DNA from: an uncultured bacterium
Lineage (GTDB): Bacteria; Patescibacteriota; Minisyncoccia; Phycocordibacterales; Zambryskibacteraceae
NCBI GenBank assembly: GCA_963789635.1
Contig: CAWBLF010000003.1
Span: 2,372 to 66,371, forward strand
Direction: 5' to 3'
DNA length: 64,000 nucleotides
The position numbers and the translations under genes were made by a program. Every line of letters starts with the position of its first letter. Position 1 is the first letter of the stretch. This document shows positions 25,464 through 38,335 of the stretch, piece after piece. The notes under the pieces were generated by a model. That model was not told where the DNA came from. It did not search any database and saw only the letters and a program-made list of their open reading frames with translations.

Positions 25464-26021
25464 ATGAGAAACTTATTACCAATTATTCTAATAGTGTTAT
25501 CAATCGGATTGTTTTATCTTTATATTAATCCGAGCTTTATGAATGTGCAGACGCTGATTGGGACAGAACACCAATATCAGGACGCACTGAGCAAAGCAAG
25601 CGAACTTGGCGCGCGCCGTGACCAACTATTGACCAAATATAATTCCTTTTCTCAAGATGAAATAAATCGTCTAAATCGTATTCTTCCGGACTCTGTGGAC
25701 ACGGTAAAACTTATCACCGACCTAGACAGCGTTGCCGGCAAATATGGCATAACTTTGCATTCAATCAACGTTACCCAAGCCCTGTTGGATAATTCTCAGT
25801 CAATTAATACAAACGAAGCATCTACGACGCCATACAATACCACCACCATCAATTTTGGTTTTTCTGCGACCTATCCCAATCTTGTGTTATTTCTAAAAGA
25901 TATGGAAAAAAGTCTTCAAATGGTCGATATCAAATCCGTTAGTTTTGACGTTCCCCAGGGAGGACTATCGGCAAATATGTATAATTACAATGTATCTCTA
26001 GACACGTACTCGCTAAAATAA
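25464..26021 (+). CDS. pilO: PilO-like pilus assembly protein
   Basis: N-terminal TM helix, coiled-coil and C-terminal ferredoxin-like pattern. Positioned after pilN. Confidence 0.6.
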   Translation: MRNLLPIILIVLSIGLFYLYINPSFMNVQTLIGTEHQYQDALSKASELGARRDQLLTKYNSFSQDEINRLNRILPDSVDTVKLITDLDSVAGKYGITLHSINVTQALLDNSQSINTNEASTTPYNTTTINFGFSATYPNLVLFLKDMEKSLQMVDIKSVSFDVPQGGLSANMYNYNVSLDTYSLK

Positions 26022-26026
26022 ATCGT

Positions 26027-26377
26027 ATGCAATCAGAAAGTAACATTCCAATAAAAAAAATTATTACGATTGTCGTGACAGTCGCGGTTTTATTGATTGC
26101 AATCTATTACTTCTTTTTTCGTTCCCCCGCTCCTGCTGTCACTTTGGATCAGTTTGGCAATCCGGTCGCGACTCAAGTGGTAGGTCAAGATCTGATTGAT
26201 CTATTGAACAAACTTCAAAATGTTACCTTGGATGACTCAATCTTTCATGATCCGGCGTTTATAAACCTGACCGACTACACAGTGACCCTGCCCAATCTTC
26301 CAGAAGGTCGTTCAAATCCTTTTGATCCATTTGCCGGTCAGGTGATATCCACCCCCGTCCCCGCCAAAGGTAAATAA
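26027..26377 (+). CDS. Hypothetical small membrane protein of the pilus locus
   Basis: 116 aa with one TM helix. Tightly spaced after pilO. Confidence 0.4.
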   Translation: MQSESNIPIKKIITIVVTVAVLLIAIYYFFFRSPAPAVTLDQFGNPVATQVVGQDLIDLLNKLQNVTLDDSIFHDPAFINLTDYTVTLPNLPEGRSNPFDPFAGQVISTPVPAKGK

Positions 26378-26494
26378 TTTTCTGTTTGGTTTTTAGAAAT
26401 TAAGCCAACACCCGGAAGCATTTTTATGGTTGTATGCTAGTTTGTCTGATATTTTTTGAGCTATAATTGATGTGTCCAAATTAAATTTTAAATA

Positions 26495-28279
26495 ATGAGC
26501 ATACTTGATGTTTTGGCGGAAAAGAAAATTATTGATAAAGGAGATATCTCTGTTATTTTGGATGAGGCTGAAAATGACAATCTGACTGTCGAGCAAGTCC
26601 TGATACGTCGCGGTATTGATCCGGAAGAAATTCTCAAATCAAAGAGTGAATTTTTGGATATTCCTACCCGCTCGCTAAAAAACAAGGAAATACCTGGAAA
26701 AATATTGGAATATATTCCTGAAGAGTCGGCGCTTCACTACGGGTTTGTACCAATCGGTGTTCGAGATGGGGTGCTCGAGGTCGGAATTGTAGACCCTGAC
26801 AACATAGAAGCGCGAGACGCGCTCAATTTTATATCATCGAAGATTGGAATGCCCTTTAAGATTTTTCTTATCAGTCAGGTCGATTTTGAATCGGTAATTT
26901 CTTCATACAAAGGTTTGTCGGGCGAAGTTACCAAGGCCCTATCCGAGTTGGAAACCGAGCTTGACACAAAACACCCGGTCAAAAAAAATAAAGAAGGCGA
27001 AAGTGAAAGCACGGAAGAAGAAAATTCCGTTATTGACAATGAAATCAATGCTTCTGATATCCAAGAAATAAAAGAAGGCAAGGGAGGCACAAGAATCATA
27101 GAAGACGCTCCTGTTACAAAGATTGTAGCCACTATTTTGCGTTACGCCACCGACGGCAACGCTTCGGATATACACATAGAACGAATGCGTGAAAATGTCC
27201 GTGTTCGCTTTCGAGTAGATGGAGTGATGAACACCTCTCTGGTGTTGCCGACCAAGATTCATTCGGCAGTGGTAGCTCGCATCAAGATACTTTGCAATAT
27301 GCGTTTGGATGAAAAAAGGAAGCCCCAAGACGGACGATTCAGCGCCAAGCTGGGGGATAGAACGATTGATTTTCGTGTTTCCACTTTTCCGACATATTTT
27401 GGAGAAAAGGTGGTTATGCGTATCCTCGACCAAGAAAAAGGACTCAAAAAAATTGATGATTTGGGTTTAACAGATGAAAATGTTGCTACTATCAGGAGGG
27501 CACTCAAACGTCCTTATGGTCTCATTCTTATTTCCGGTCCTACTGGTTCCGGAAAATCCACGTCGCTCTACTCTATGTTGAATGAGGTCGATCGTGATCA
27601 CAAAAATGTTTTGTCGCTTGAAGACCCTATCGAATACAACATTGAAGGAGTGAGTCAATCACAGGTGAGACCAGAAATCGGATACACTTTTGCCACTGGA
27701 CTTCGCACCACACTTCGTCAAGACCCAGACATTATCATGGTCGGAGAAATTCGTGACAAAGAAACCGCCCAGTTGGCAATTCAGGCGGCTCTTACCGGTC
27801 ACCTAGTGTTTTCCACTATTCACACCAACAATGCAATCGGAGTGATACCCAGACTAATGGATATGGGTGTGGATCCGTATCTCATTGCTCCGACACTTGT
27901 ACTGACTATCGCACAGCGTCTGGTAAGAGCGCTGTGTCCCGGTGCGGGTAAGCCGATTGCTGTAGACGGCAGTATTAAAGTCATGTTGGAAAAGCAATTT
28001 GCCGATTTGCCGGAAAAATATCGCAAAAATATCCAAATCGGGAAAGAGTTGTTTGAAATTTCTCCGACCGAGGAGTGTCCCAATGGTACCCGTGGACGAT
28101 ACGCTGTTATGGAAATGTTGGAGATGGATGACGAAATTGAACAAATCATTCTAAGAAGCGGTACCGAAGTTGAACTGGCAAAGGCCGCTCGGGAGAAGGG
28201 TATGTTTAGCATGAAAGAAGACGCTATATTCAAAGCGTTTAAGAGGATGATTCCCTTTGAAGAGGTCGGGACATTATAG
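26495..28279 (+). CDS. pilB: Type IV pilus assembly ATPase PilB (GspE family)
   Basis: Walker A SGPTGSGKST, Asp box, Walker B MVGEIRD, His box, and a tetracysteine-like region. Confidence 0.9.
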   Translation: MSILDVLAEKKIIDKGDISVILDEAENDNLTVEQVLIRRGIDPEEILKSKSEFLDIPTRSLKNKEIPGKILEYIPEESALHYGFVPIGVRDGVLEVGIVDPDNIEARDALNFISSKIGMPFKIFLISQVDFESVISSYKGLSGEVTKALSELETELDTKHPVKKNKEGESESTEEENSVIDNEINASDIQEIKEGKGGTRIIEDAPVTKIVATILRYATDGNASDIHIERMRENVRVRFRVDGVMNTSLVLPTKIHSAVVARIKILCNMRLDEKRKPQDGRFSAKLGDRTIDFRVSTFPTYFGEKVVMRILDQEKGLKKIDDLGLTDENVATIRRALKRPYGLILISGPTGSGKSTSLYSMLNEVDRDHKNVLSLEDPIEYNIEGVSQSQVRPEIGYTFATGLRTTLRQDPDIIMVGEIRDKETAQLAIQAALTGHLVFSTIHTNNAIGVIPRLMDMGVDPYLIAPTLVLTIAQRLVRALCPGAGKPIAVDGSIKVMLEKQFADLPEKYRKNIQIGKELFEISPTEECPNGTRGRYAVMEMLEMDDEIEQIILRSGTEVELAKAAREKGMFSMKEDAIFKAFKRMIPFEEVGTL

Positions 28280-28359
28280 AAAACGTTAATACAAATTTGT
28301 GAACACGGTTAGCGGCAAAAAAGCCTTTTGTATATGATATACTTTTAAGCAACGCCATT

Positions 28360-28755
28360 ATGCAAGACGACAAAAAATACAAACTACTTTTGGTTGACGA
28401 CGACAAATTCTTACTGGATATGTATGCTATGAAGTTTAAAACTTCCGGGCATACGGTCTCCACTGCCGTGGGAGGGAACGATGCCTTGACCAAACTGCGC
28501 GCGGGAGAATCTCCAGACGCGCTGATTTTGGACATCATTATGCCGGTCATGGACGGTCTGGAGCTTTTGGAAACCATACGCAAAGAAAACCTTTGCCCGC
28601 AATCGGCTGTCATTATGTTGACCAATGAAACCGATCCCGCAAAAATTGAAAAAGCCAAGAGTTTGAGTGTGGCCGGTTACATTGTGAAGGCCACCTCCAT
28701 CCCTTCGGAGGTTGTTACAGAAGTAATTAGTATTTTAAATAATAAAAAGAGCTAA
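28360..28755 (+). CDS. Stand-alone response-regulator receiver domain protein
   Basis: LLVDDD acidic pocket, phospho-acceptor D in LILDIIMP, MLTN and IVKA motifs. 131 aa with no output domain. Confidence 0.85.
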   Translation: MQDDKKYKLLLVDDDKFLLDMYAMKFKTSGHTVSTAVGGNDALTKLRAGESPDALILDIIMPVMDGLELLETIRKENLCPQSAVIMLTNETDPAKIEKAKSLSVAGYIVKATSIPSEVVTEVISILNNKKS

Positions 28756-28756
28756 T

Positions 28757-29818
28757 ATGGCAGATCGCACACAACTTTTGAATTCATTTATTGAGATCGT
28801 TGTCAATGAAAACGGTTCGGACATCCATCTGTCTGAAGGCCGCACCCCATTTATTCGTGTTTCCAGTTTTCTCATTCCTCTATTGAAGGAAAAAGTTTTG
28901 ACACACGAAGATATGGAAGGAATACTTGATATTCTTTTCAAACCAAAAATGAAAGAAGAATTTGCCAAGTCAAAACAAGTTGACTTTTCTTTTTCTCACG
29001 ACAGCACTCGTTTTCGTTGCAACGCTTTTCTGCATTTCGGGAAAATTTCTGTGGCAATGCGTTTAATTCCCACACGCATTCGCACATTGGAAGAATTGAA
29101 CCTTCCTCCAATATTGGAAACTTTCACAAAAAAACAACAAGGTTTTTTCTTGACGGTAGGACCAGCGGGTCAGGGTAAGTCGACGACTCTCGCCACCCTC
29201 ATAGAAATGATTAATCTTGAAAGACTAGAACATATCGTCACAATAGAGGACCCGATTGAATATCTTTTTGAGACCAAAAAAGCCATTATCGACCAACGTG
29301 AAGTGGGTTTTGACACGCCAGATTTTCATTCCGGTCTCTGGAGTGTCTTTCGACAGGACGCAGACGTGGTGATGATTGGTGAAATGCGTGACCCAGAAAC
29401 TATAGCGACAGCTGTTACGGCCGCAGAAACAGGCCATCTCGTTTTTTCAACATTGCACACAAATACAGCCGCTCAGACCATAGACCGTATTATTGACTCT
29501 TTTCCTTCGGACCAGCAGTCACAAATTCGCGTTCAGCTTGCCGGTTCTCTGGCGGGTATTTTTTCGCAAAGACTTATTCCGCGGGTTTCTGGCGGGCTTA
29601 TACCGGCGTACGAACTTTTGTTCAACAACAACGCAGTTGCCAATCTTATCCGTGACAGCAGAACGCACGAAATCAATGCTGTCATTGAGACCAGTTCGGG
29701 AGACGGAATGATTGATCTCAACCGCTCCCTTGCCACTCTGGTGCAGAAAGGTGAGATTTCGGTAGAAAACGCTTATATGTTCTCTACCAATCCGGCAACA
29801 TTGGAAAAGATGATTTAA
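28757..29818 (+). CDS. pilT: Twitching-motility/retraction ATPase PilT
   Basis: Walker A GPAGQGKST, MIGEMRD and HLVFSTLHT motifs. ~350 aa, typical of PilT. Confidence 0.9.
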   Translation: MADRTQLLNSFIEIVVNENGSDIHLSEGRTPFIRVSSFLIPLLKEKVLTHEDMEGILDILFKPKMKEEFAKSKQVDFSFSHDSTRFRCNAFLHFGKISVAMRLIPTRIRTLEELNLPPILETFTKKQQGFFLTVGPAGQGKSTTLATLIEMINLERLEHIVTIEDPIEYLFETKKAIIDQREVGFDTPDFHSGLWSVFRQDADVVMIGEMRDPETIATAVTAAETGHLVFSTLHTNTAAQTIDRIIDSFPSDQQSQIRVQLAGSLAGIFSQRLIPRVSGGLIPAYELLFNNNAVANLIRDSRTHEINAVIETSSGDGMIDLNRSLATLVQKGEISVENAYMFSTNPATLEKMI

Positions 29819-29831
29819 TTTCTAAGATTCT

Positions 29832-31034
29832 ATGTTATTCAATTATAAAGCCCTTGATCAAAATGGAGAAAAGAAGGAAGGCACGATTGAGGCAGTGTCC
29901 ATAGACATTGCCATAAGTTCCATTCAAAAAAGAGGTCTCATTATTTCCGCTATTAATCCAGCGGAAAACAAAGGGCTCGCTCATAATCTTTTTATAACCA
30001 AAAGAGTTTCCAACAAAGACATCGTCATCCTGTCTCGCCAACTAGCTACTCTATTTGACGCTCAGGTCTCGGCTTTACGTGTTTTCAAACTAATCGCAGG
30101 GGAGACAGACAACCCCACCCTTCGCAAAGCCCTGACCCAAGTGGCCGACGATCTCCAAGGAGGAAGTTCTATCTCCAAAGCTCTTTCAGAGCATCCTAAA
30201 ATATTTTCAGATTTTTATGTAAACATGATTAAATCCGGAGAAGAGACCGGAAAATTGAATGAAACATTTAGCTACCTTGCGGATTATCTTGATCGCACTT
30301 ATGAGGTAGTGGCCAAGGCCCGCAACGCTCTCATCTATCCTGCTTTTGTCATTACCATATTTATCGGTGTTATGGTTTTGATGTTTACTTTTATCGTTCC
30401 AAAAATTTCGGCAATTTTGCTGGATTCTGGCCAAGATTTGCCTATTTATACCAAAATTATAATCGGCATTAGCGGATTTTTTGTAAATTATGGAATTTTT
30501 CTTTTAGTGGCAATAATCATCGGAGCATACTTTTTTATTCGCTTTGTTCGCACTCCGCAAGGTTCTTACGCCTTTGACAACTTTAAAATAGATATTCCTT
30601 ATGTCGGTGAACTATATAGAAAGCTCTATCTTTCTATGATTGCCGACAATTTGCACACTATGATTGTGTCTGGTATTCCTATGCTCAAAGCTATAGAGGT
30701 GACATCATCCGTGGTCGACAGCGATGTCTATAAAAGAATTTTAAATGAAAGTATGGTAGCGGTAAAAGGAGGCAGTTCGCTTTCAAGCGCATTTTCCCAA
30801 TACCCAGAAATTCCCGGTATTATGGTCCAAATGATAAAGGTGGGGGAAGAGACAGGAGAACTCGGCAACATATTGAACACTTTGGCCAAGTTTTATCAAC
30901 GAGAGGTGACAAATGCTATAGATACTATCGTCAGTCTGATTGAGCCGGTAATGATTGTCGTTTTGGGAGTAGGAGTAGGTATTCTCATGGCTTCAGTGCT
31001 TTTGCCAATATACAATATGGCGTCTGCCAGCTAG
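29832..31034 (+). CDS. pilC: Type IV pilus platform protein PilC (GspF family)
   Basis: 400 aa with duplicated GspF domains (..MIKSGEETGKL.. and ..MIKVGEETGEL..). Confidence 0.9.
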   Translation: MLFNYKALDQNGEKKEGTIEAVSIDIAISSIQKRGLIISAINPAENKGLAHNLFITKRVSNKDIVILSRQLATLFDAQVSALRVFKLIAGETDNPTLRKALTQVADDLQGGSSISKALSEHPKIFSDFYVNMIKSGEETGKLNETFSYLADYLDRTYEVVAKARNALIYPAFVITIFIGVMVLMFTFIVPKISAILLDSGQDLPIYTKIIIGISGFFVNYGIFLLVAIIIGAYFFIRFVRTPQGSYAFDNFKIDIPYVGELYRKLYLSMIADNLHTMIVSGIPMLKAIEVTSSVVDSDVYKRILNESMVAVKGGSSLSSAFSQYPEIPGIMVQMIKVGEETGELGNILNTLAKFYQREVTNAIDTIVSLIEPVMIVVLGVGVGILMASVLLPIYNMASAS

Positions 31035-31180
31035 ACCGTTTCGGCTGTCCACAGCGTTCTGTTGCAATGGTCTTTTTTAGACTATAATAAGGGTACTCGT
31101 TTTTAAACAAAACGGCTCCCCCCTAAAAAATGCAAATGGGTGGGTCATTAACAGAGTATTAATAGTTAATTTTTAAAGTA

Positions 31181-31672
31181 ATGAAAAGACTAGAAAGAGG
31201 TTTCACCCTCATAGAACTATTGGTGGTTATCGCCATCATCGGTATTCTTTCGTCCATCGTTTTGGCCAGTCTAAACACCGCTCGCGCCAAAGGAGCTGAT
31301 GCCGCTACCAAATCAAACTTGGACAGCGCAAGAGCTCAAGCTGAGCTTTACTATGATTCCAATGGTCAGAGCTATCTCAATGTTTGTAGTTCTACAACGG
31401 GAGCAAATGGAGTTAGAGGTGTAATTACCAACCTTGTTGCCGCCGCGCAATCAGGTGGTTTTACAGCAACACCAGTCACTTTGGCATCAACTGCAGGAAA
31501 CTGGCAGACCACAACTTGCCATGATTCACAAAATGCTTGGGCAGCAGAAGCACCACTAAAGGCAAGTGTTTCTGGTACTCCGGACATGTGGTGTATTGAT
31601 AATACTGGCAAATCAGTTGAAGAAAAAACCGGAACTACCAATCTCGCCGCTTCATCGTACACGTGTCAATAA
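31181..31672 (+). CDS. Type IV pilin (class III signal peptide)
   Basis: Prepilin motif RG/FTLIELLVVIAIIGIL with Glu at +5. Confidence 0.85.
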   Translation: MKRLERGFTLIELLVVIAIIGILSSIVLASLNTARAKGADAATKSNLDSARAQAELYYDSNGQSYLNVCSSTTGANGVRGVITNLVAAAQSGGFTATPVTLASTAGNWQTTTCHDSQNAWAAEAPLKASVSGTPDMWCIDNTGKSVEEKTGTTNLAASSYTCQ

Positions 31673-31690
31673 TTTTAAGTTTTTTGATAC

Positions 31691-31718
31691 AAAAAAACCG
31701 CCTTGTGGCGGTTTTTTT
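31691..31718 (+). terminator. Rho-independent terminator after the first pilin gene
   Basis: aaaaaaaccgcc-ttgt-ggcggttttttt. Confidence 0.8.
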
Positions 31719-31772
31719 GTAAAAGAAGTTTAAAGATTAAACAATTATTATGTATAATTAGGCGTAGTATTT

Positions 31773-32218
31773 ATGCATAAAAAAATTGACTCAAAAAGAG
31801 GGTTCACACTTATGGAGCTACTGATTGTCATAGCAATTATCGGTATTTTTTCTGCGGTTATCTTGGCAAGTCTTGATCAGAGCAGGGTGAACGCCTCTGA
31901 CGCTTCCATCAAGGAAAATTTGATAACTATCAGGTCACAGGCGGCGATTTACTTTGATACGAATGCTTCATATGGTGCTGGGGCGTTCTATGTACCACCA
32001 ACAATTCAATGTTCAGAGACCCTACTATTACAAGTGCCCTTATTGCCATTGCGCAGGCCAACGGCGGTAACACGGCAATATGCAAATCAAGCGCTAATTC
32101 TTGGGTAGTATTGGCCCCGCTAAAAAGTAGCGGATTTTGGTGTGTAGATTATACTGGCGCCTCTGTGCCCGAGGGGTCAAGTTCTTCATACAACGCAACT
32201 TTTTATACTTGTAATTAG
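31773..32218 (+). pseudogene. Type IV pilin paralogue interrupted by a frameshift in a G4 run (31980-31983)
   Basis: ORF 31773-32108 carries the prepilin motif RGFTLMELLIVIAIIGIF. The C-terminal half, CTTNNSMFRDPTITSALIAIAQANGGNTAICKSS.., is in the frame of ORF 32009-32218 and aligns with pilin 32291-32773. Confidence 0.7.
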
Positions 32219-32290
32219 TCTGTTTTCGTGTGTTATGATTAAGTTAGTGTCTGGTTTTTGTAAATCATTTATTTTTTTTATTTTAATCAT

Positions 32291-32773
32291 ATGAAAATCC
32301 CTAAAAGAGCCACCCCGCACGATTTCTTTAATGAAGAAAGCAGGGAAGGTTTCACTCTCATCGAACTGTTGGTGGTTATTGCTATCATAGGTATTTTGTC
32401 TGCGGTGGTTTTGGCAAGTCTAAACTTGGCACGGGGCAAAGGAAATAATGCTGCTGTTCAGTCTTCATTTATACAACTCCGCACTCAAACCAGTCTTTAT
32501 TACACAAATGGTGGAAATTATGGCACGGCAAACGCCAGTGGCTCATGTACCACCGCTAACACCGTGTTTAATGATCCAAAAGTTCAAACCATCATATCTC
32601 AAATTCAGAGTAATACAGGAAATACGGCAATTTGTTCAAATTCTAGCTCAGCATGGGCTCTGTCGGCAAAACTTCCACAAGCTATAGGCGCCAACAACTA
32701 CATTTGCACCGATGCAAACAACGCCATCAAATATTACGCAAGTTCACCAGGCAATGTGACAGCCTGTCCATAA
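32291..32773 (+). CDS. Type IV pilin paralogue
   Basis: Prepilin motif EGFTLIELLVVIAIIGIL. The C-terminal Cys pattern is shared with the neighbouring pilins. Confidence 0.85.
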   Translation: MKIPKRATPHDFFNEESREGFTLIELLVVIAIIGILSAVVLASLNLARGKGNNAAVQSSFIQLRTQTSLYYTNGGNYGTANASGSCTTANTVFNDPKVQTIISQIQSNTGNTAICSNSSSAWALSAKLPQAIGANNYICTDANNAIKYYASSPGNVTACP

Positions 32774-32777
32774 CGAG

Positions 32778-32800
32778 TTTTGGACATCGGATGTCTAAAA
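32778..32800. repeat. Palindrome ttttGGACATCgGATGTCTaaaa (GGACRTCGGAYGTCC family), downstream of the pilin gene
   Basis: 11-bp arms with one G:T position. Overlaps the TTG start proposed by the ORF track for pilD. Confidence 0.55.
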
Positions 32801-32821
32801 CAAACAGGGTATAATGAGTCC

Positions 32822-33673
32822 ATGCCAATCACGTCAGTTCTCATATTCGTTTTCATCCTCGGTACTATTATCGGAAGTTTTCTCAATGTGGTCATATTGC
32901 GTTTTAACAGTGGTAAGACGGTTCTCGGTCGCTCAGGATGTTTTTCCTGTGGTAACGAACTAAAGTGGTATGAACTAGTTCCCATTCTCAGTTTTCTTTT
33001 TTTGAAGGGTAAATGCTTGCATTGTAAAGCTCGTATTTCCATACAATATCCTCTGGTAGAGCTAATCTCAGGACTTTTATTTGTTTTTTTGTTCCTGAAA
33101 TCTTTTCCAGCCTTGGATTCATCATCATTTCTTATTTCTAATTTATTATTATTTGCTTTTTCTCTTGTCCTGTGGTCTTCTCTCCTCGTCATCGCGGTTT
33201 ATGACATTCGTCATCAGATTATTCCCAATTTTTTTTCACTAATTTTTTTTATAACGGCAATTTTAATTACCTGCATTGAAGGTACACAAGGAGGAAATGC
33301 ATTAATCCGTGACCATATTTTCGGAGCTCTCATTGTCGGCGGTTTTCTTTTTCTTGTTTGGCTTATCACTCGGGGCAGGGGAATGGGTTTTGGTGACGTG
33401 AAGCTGGCCACCTCCATTGGTGTATACCTTGGTGTGGCGGAAGGCCTTTCGGCCATGGCTTTTGCTTTCTGGATTGGCGCAGTTTATGCCCTTACTATGC
33501 TCGGGTGGAGCAGGTATTCCGTAAAAGTGAGCAGAAATCAATTGAGTTCGGGCAAAAAACAGCTTACAATGAAGAGTAAAGTACCGTTCGGACCATTTCT
33601 AATTATCGGAACTTTTTTGGCTCTTGCTTTCGGAAGTGATATTTTTCATATAGCCCTTCTTTTCAATGTTTAA
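32822..33673 (+). CDS. pilD: Prepilin peptidase / N-methyltransferase PilD (A24 family)
   Basis: CxxC..CxxC zinc motif (CFSCGNEL..CLHCKA), polytopic membrane protein, conserved GFGDVKL aspartate motif. ATG at 32822 preferred. Confidence 0.85.
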   Translation: MPITSVLIFVFILGTIIGSFLNVVILRFNSGKTVLGRSGCFSCGNELKWYELVPILSFLFLKGKCLHCKARISIQYPLVELISGLLFVFLFLKSFPALDSSSFLISNLLLFAFSLVLWSSLLVIAVYDIRHQIIPNFFSLIFFITAILITCIEGTQGGNALIRDHIFGALIVGGFLFLVWLITRGRGMGFGDVKLATSIGVYLGVAEGLSAMAFAFWIGAVYALTMLGWSRYSVKVSRNQLSSGKKQLTMKSKVPFGPFLIIGTFLALAFGSDIFHIALLFNV

Positions 33674-34382
33674 AAGTTTTTTTGATAAAAATTTTAGGAT
33701 TTATCAATCTTTTGCGACATACGGCAAAAAGGCAAATTCCAGTACAGGATTTACCATACTCGAACTTATGGTTTCGGTGGCAATCATAGTTGTCATAACC
33801 GCCGTAGTTATGTTCAACCAAAATAATTTAAGCGAACAAATCTCACTGACAAATCTGGTTAGTGATATTTCTCTGCGCATCAGACAAGCTCAGGTTTACG
33901 GTATCAGCGTCAAGGAATTTAACCCTTCAGCCAGCCAGTTTTCTTTTAACACTGCATATGGGGTGGATTTCAATATAGGTAGCACAAATCCAAGCAACGC
34001 GGGGTACTTTCTCTTTGCCGATCTAAATGCCGATGGATACTATGATGGCACCTATACGTGGAATACTCCTCCTACATGCACCAACGGCGCCACATCTGAA
34101 TGTATAGCTTGGAATGCTCTTCCTGGTAGCAATACCATTACTAAGCTATGTGTTCTTCCATCAGGCGGAGGCCCGGGAATTTGTACCATAAAAAGGTTGG
34201 CAATTACTTTTTTGTGTCCGAGTCCATCGGCTAATATGGTGTTTTGGGACAGCACTGGAGCAATAAATCCTTACACACTGGTTATCTTGGGGCAGAGTAT
34301 TCGGTCACTTCTCCGCATTCACTCACCCAACTCATTATCGTATATACTACGGTCAAATTTCTATTTCGTGATCACAATTTAA
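33666..34382 (+). CDS. Minor pilin/pseudopilin-like protein whose 3' end appears frameshifted
   Basis: Prepilin motif TGFTILELMVSVAIIVV. After ~34250 the plausible C-terminus (..AEYSVTSPHSLTQLIIVYTT / GQISIS) lies in the two other frames. Confidence 0.55.
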   Translation: MFKSFFDKNFRIYQSFATYGKKANSSTGFTILELMVSVAIIVVITAVVMFNQNNLSEQISLTNLVSDISLRIRQAQVYGISVKEFNPSASQFSFNTAYGVDFNIGSTNPSNAGYFLFADLNADGYYDGTYTWNTPPTCTNGATSECIAWNALPGSNTITKLCVLPSGGGPGICTIKRLAITFLCPSPSANMVFWDSTGAINPYTLVILGQSIRSLLRIHSPNSLSYILRSNFYFVITI

Positions 34383-35000
34383 ATGCGAAATTTTTTTAAA
34401 AAAAGAAAAAATAGTCAAAATGGTTTACCTGGTGGAGCCTCCGTAAGCATCAATTGTTTGCTCATTGTGCCACTATCAAGTCGGTTCTATCTTAAGTAGA
34501 CCAGACGCCGGACGCAAAGCTTGTTTCACTGGAACCAGTAATGACCAATTCGAAATTTCACAATCTTCGATACTGATGACTTGTGAAATGAAATTTGGTT
34601 CGCATTATCACTGTATTTGAGTTCAGATGCTCAATTTCGGCTGTATTCTACTCCTCAAAACTGCAGTGGAAGCCCAAATCCGCTCTATTCGGCAGTAGCT
34701 TTATTTCCGTGGACGGCGAAAGACATCGTTTACAAACTTAGCGGTACACAAATCTTTAAGTCGACTGATGGTGGTGTGACTTTTACAGGAGTTACCGCGC
34801 CGGAAGTGCTGATCAACAGCTTGAAATTTTACGTTTTCAATTCTTTTCCGCAAACCTATTGTCCTGGGGTAAATTGCGACAATGCCCAACCACGAATTTT
34901 TATGGTGGTTAATGGTCAGGCAGGAACAAAGGCCGGGACGCAGACCAATTTTGTCATTCAGACGACAGTATCACAACGCGAGCTTGATCTTGGACCATAA
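34383..35000 (+). pseudogene. Minor pilin gene with a decayed 5' part
   Basis: ATG at 34383 gives MRNFFKKRKNSQNG, then a damaged prepilin motif and stops. ORF 34617-35000 encodes a pseudopilin-like C-terminal domain. Confidence 0.5.
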
Positions 35001-35616
35001 TGAAACAACTTATACAAAAAAATATTAATAGTTTTACGAGTCGTTATGTTTTTGATGTGAAAAACAATGACGGGTTTACCCTTATAGAGACAATGGTTGC
35101 AATCACTGTCCTTATGTTTGCGATTGTTGCCACATTTACCGCTGCACAAAGTGGACTATCAAGTGCGCTCGAGTCAAAGAATCAGGTGGTCGGATATTAT
35201 TTGGCCCAAGAAGCAGTAGAAGCTGTTAGAAATATGCGCGATAGTAATGGTCTTTTAAATATGTCGACCCCGACGAACTGGCTTTCCGGAATTGCCGCCT
35301 TGAATACCGACCCGTGCTACACAGGAAAAACTTGTACCATCGATACCACCACGTCTTCAGGTATCCAATTGATCAACTGCAGTGGAGGAAATACGACCTG
35401 TCCTAATATCGCTCAGGACCAAACATCTCCTAGTTCATTGACTTATGGTATGTATGGAATTCAGTCTTTGCACTCTACATGGACTGCCACAAGTTTCAAC
35501 CGGCAAATCCAAATCAATGTAATCAACGGCAATGAAGCGGAAATGACCGTGACAGTAACTTGGAGCAAAGGTTCACAACCACTGCAAACTTTTAGGATTC
35601 ACGAATCGCTTTTCAA

Positions 35617-35629
<13 letters not shown>
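35000..35629 (+). CDS. Minor pilin / pseudopilin
   Basis: Prepilin motif DGFTLIETMVAITVLMFAIVA. Confidence 0.7.
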
Positions 35630-38307
<2,678 letters not shown>

Positions 38308-38335
38308 ATAAGTAAAAAATGTTAATATAGTTCAT

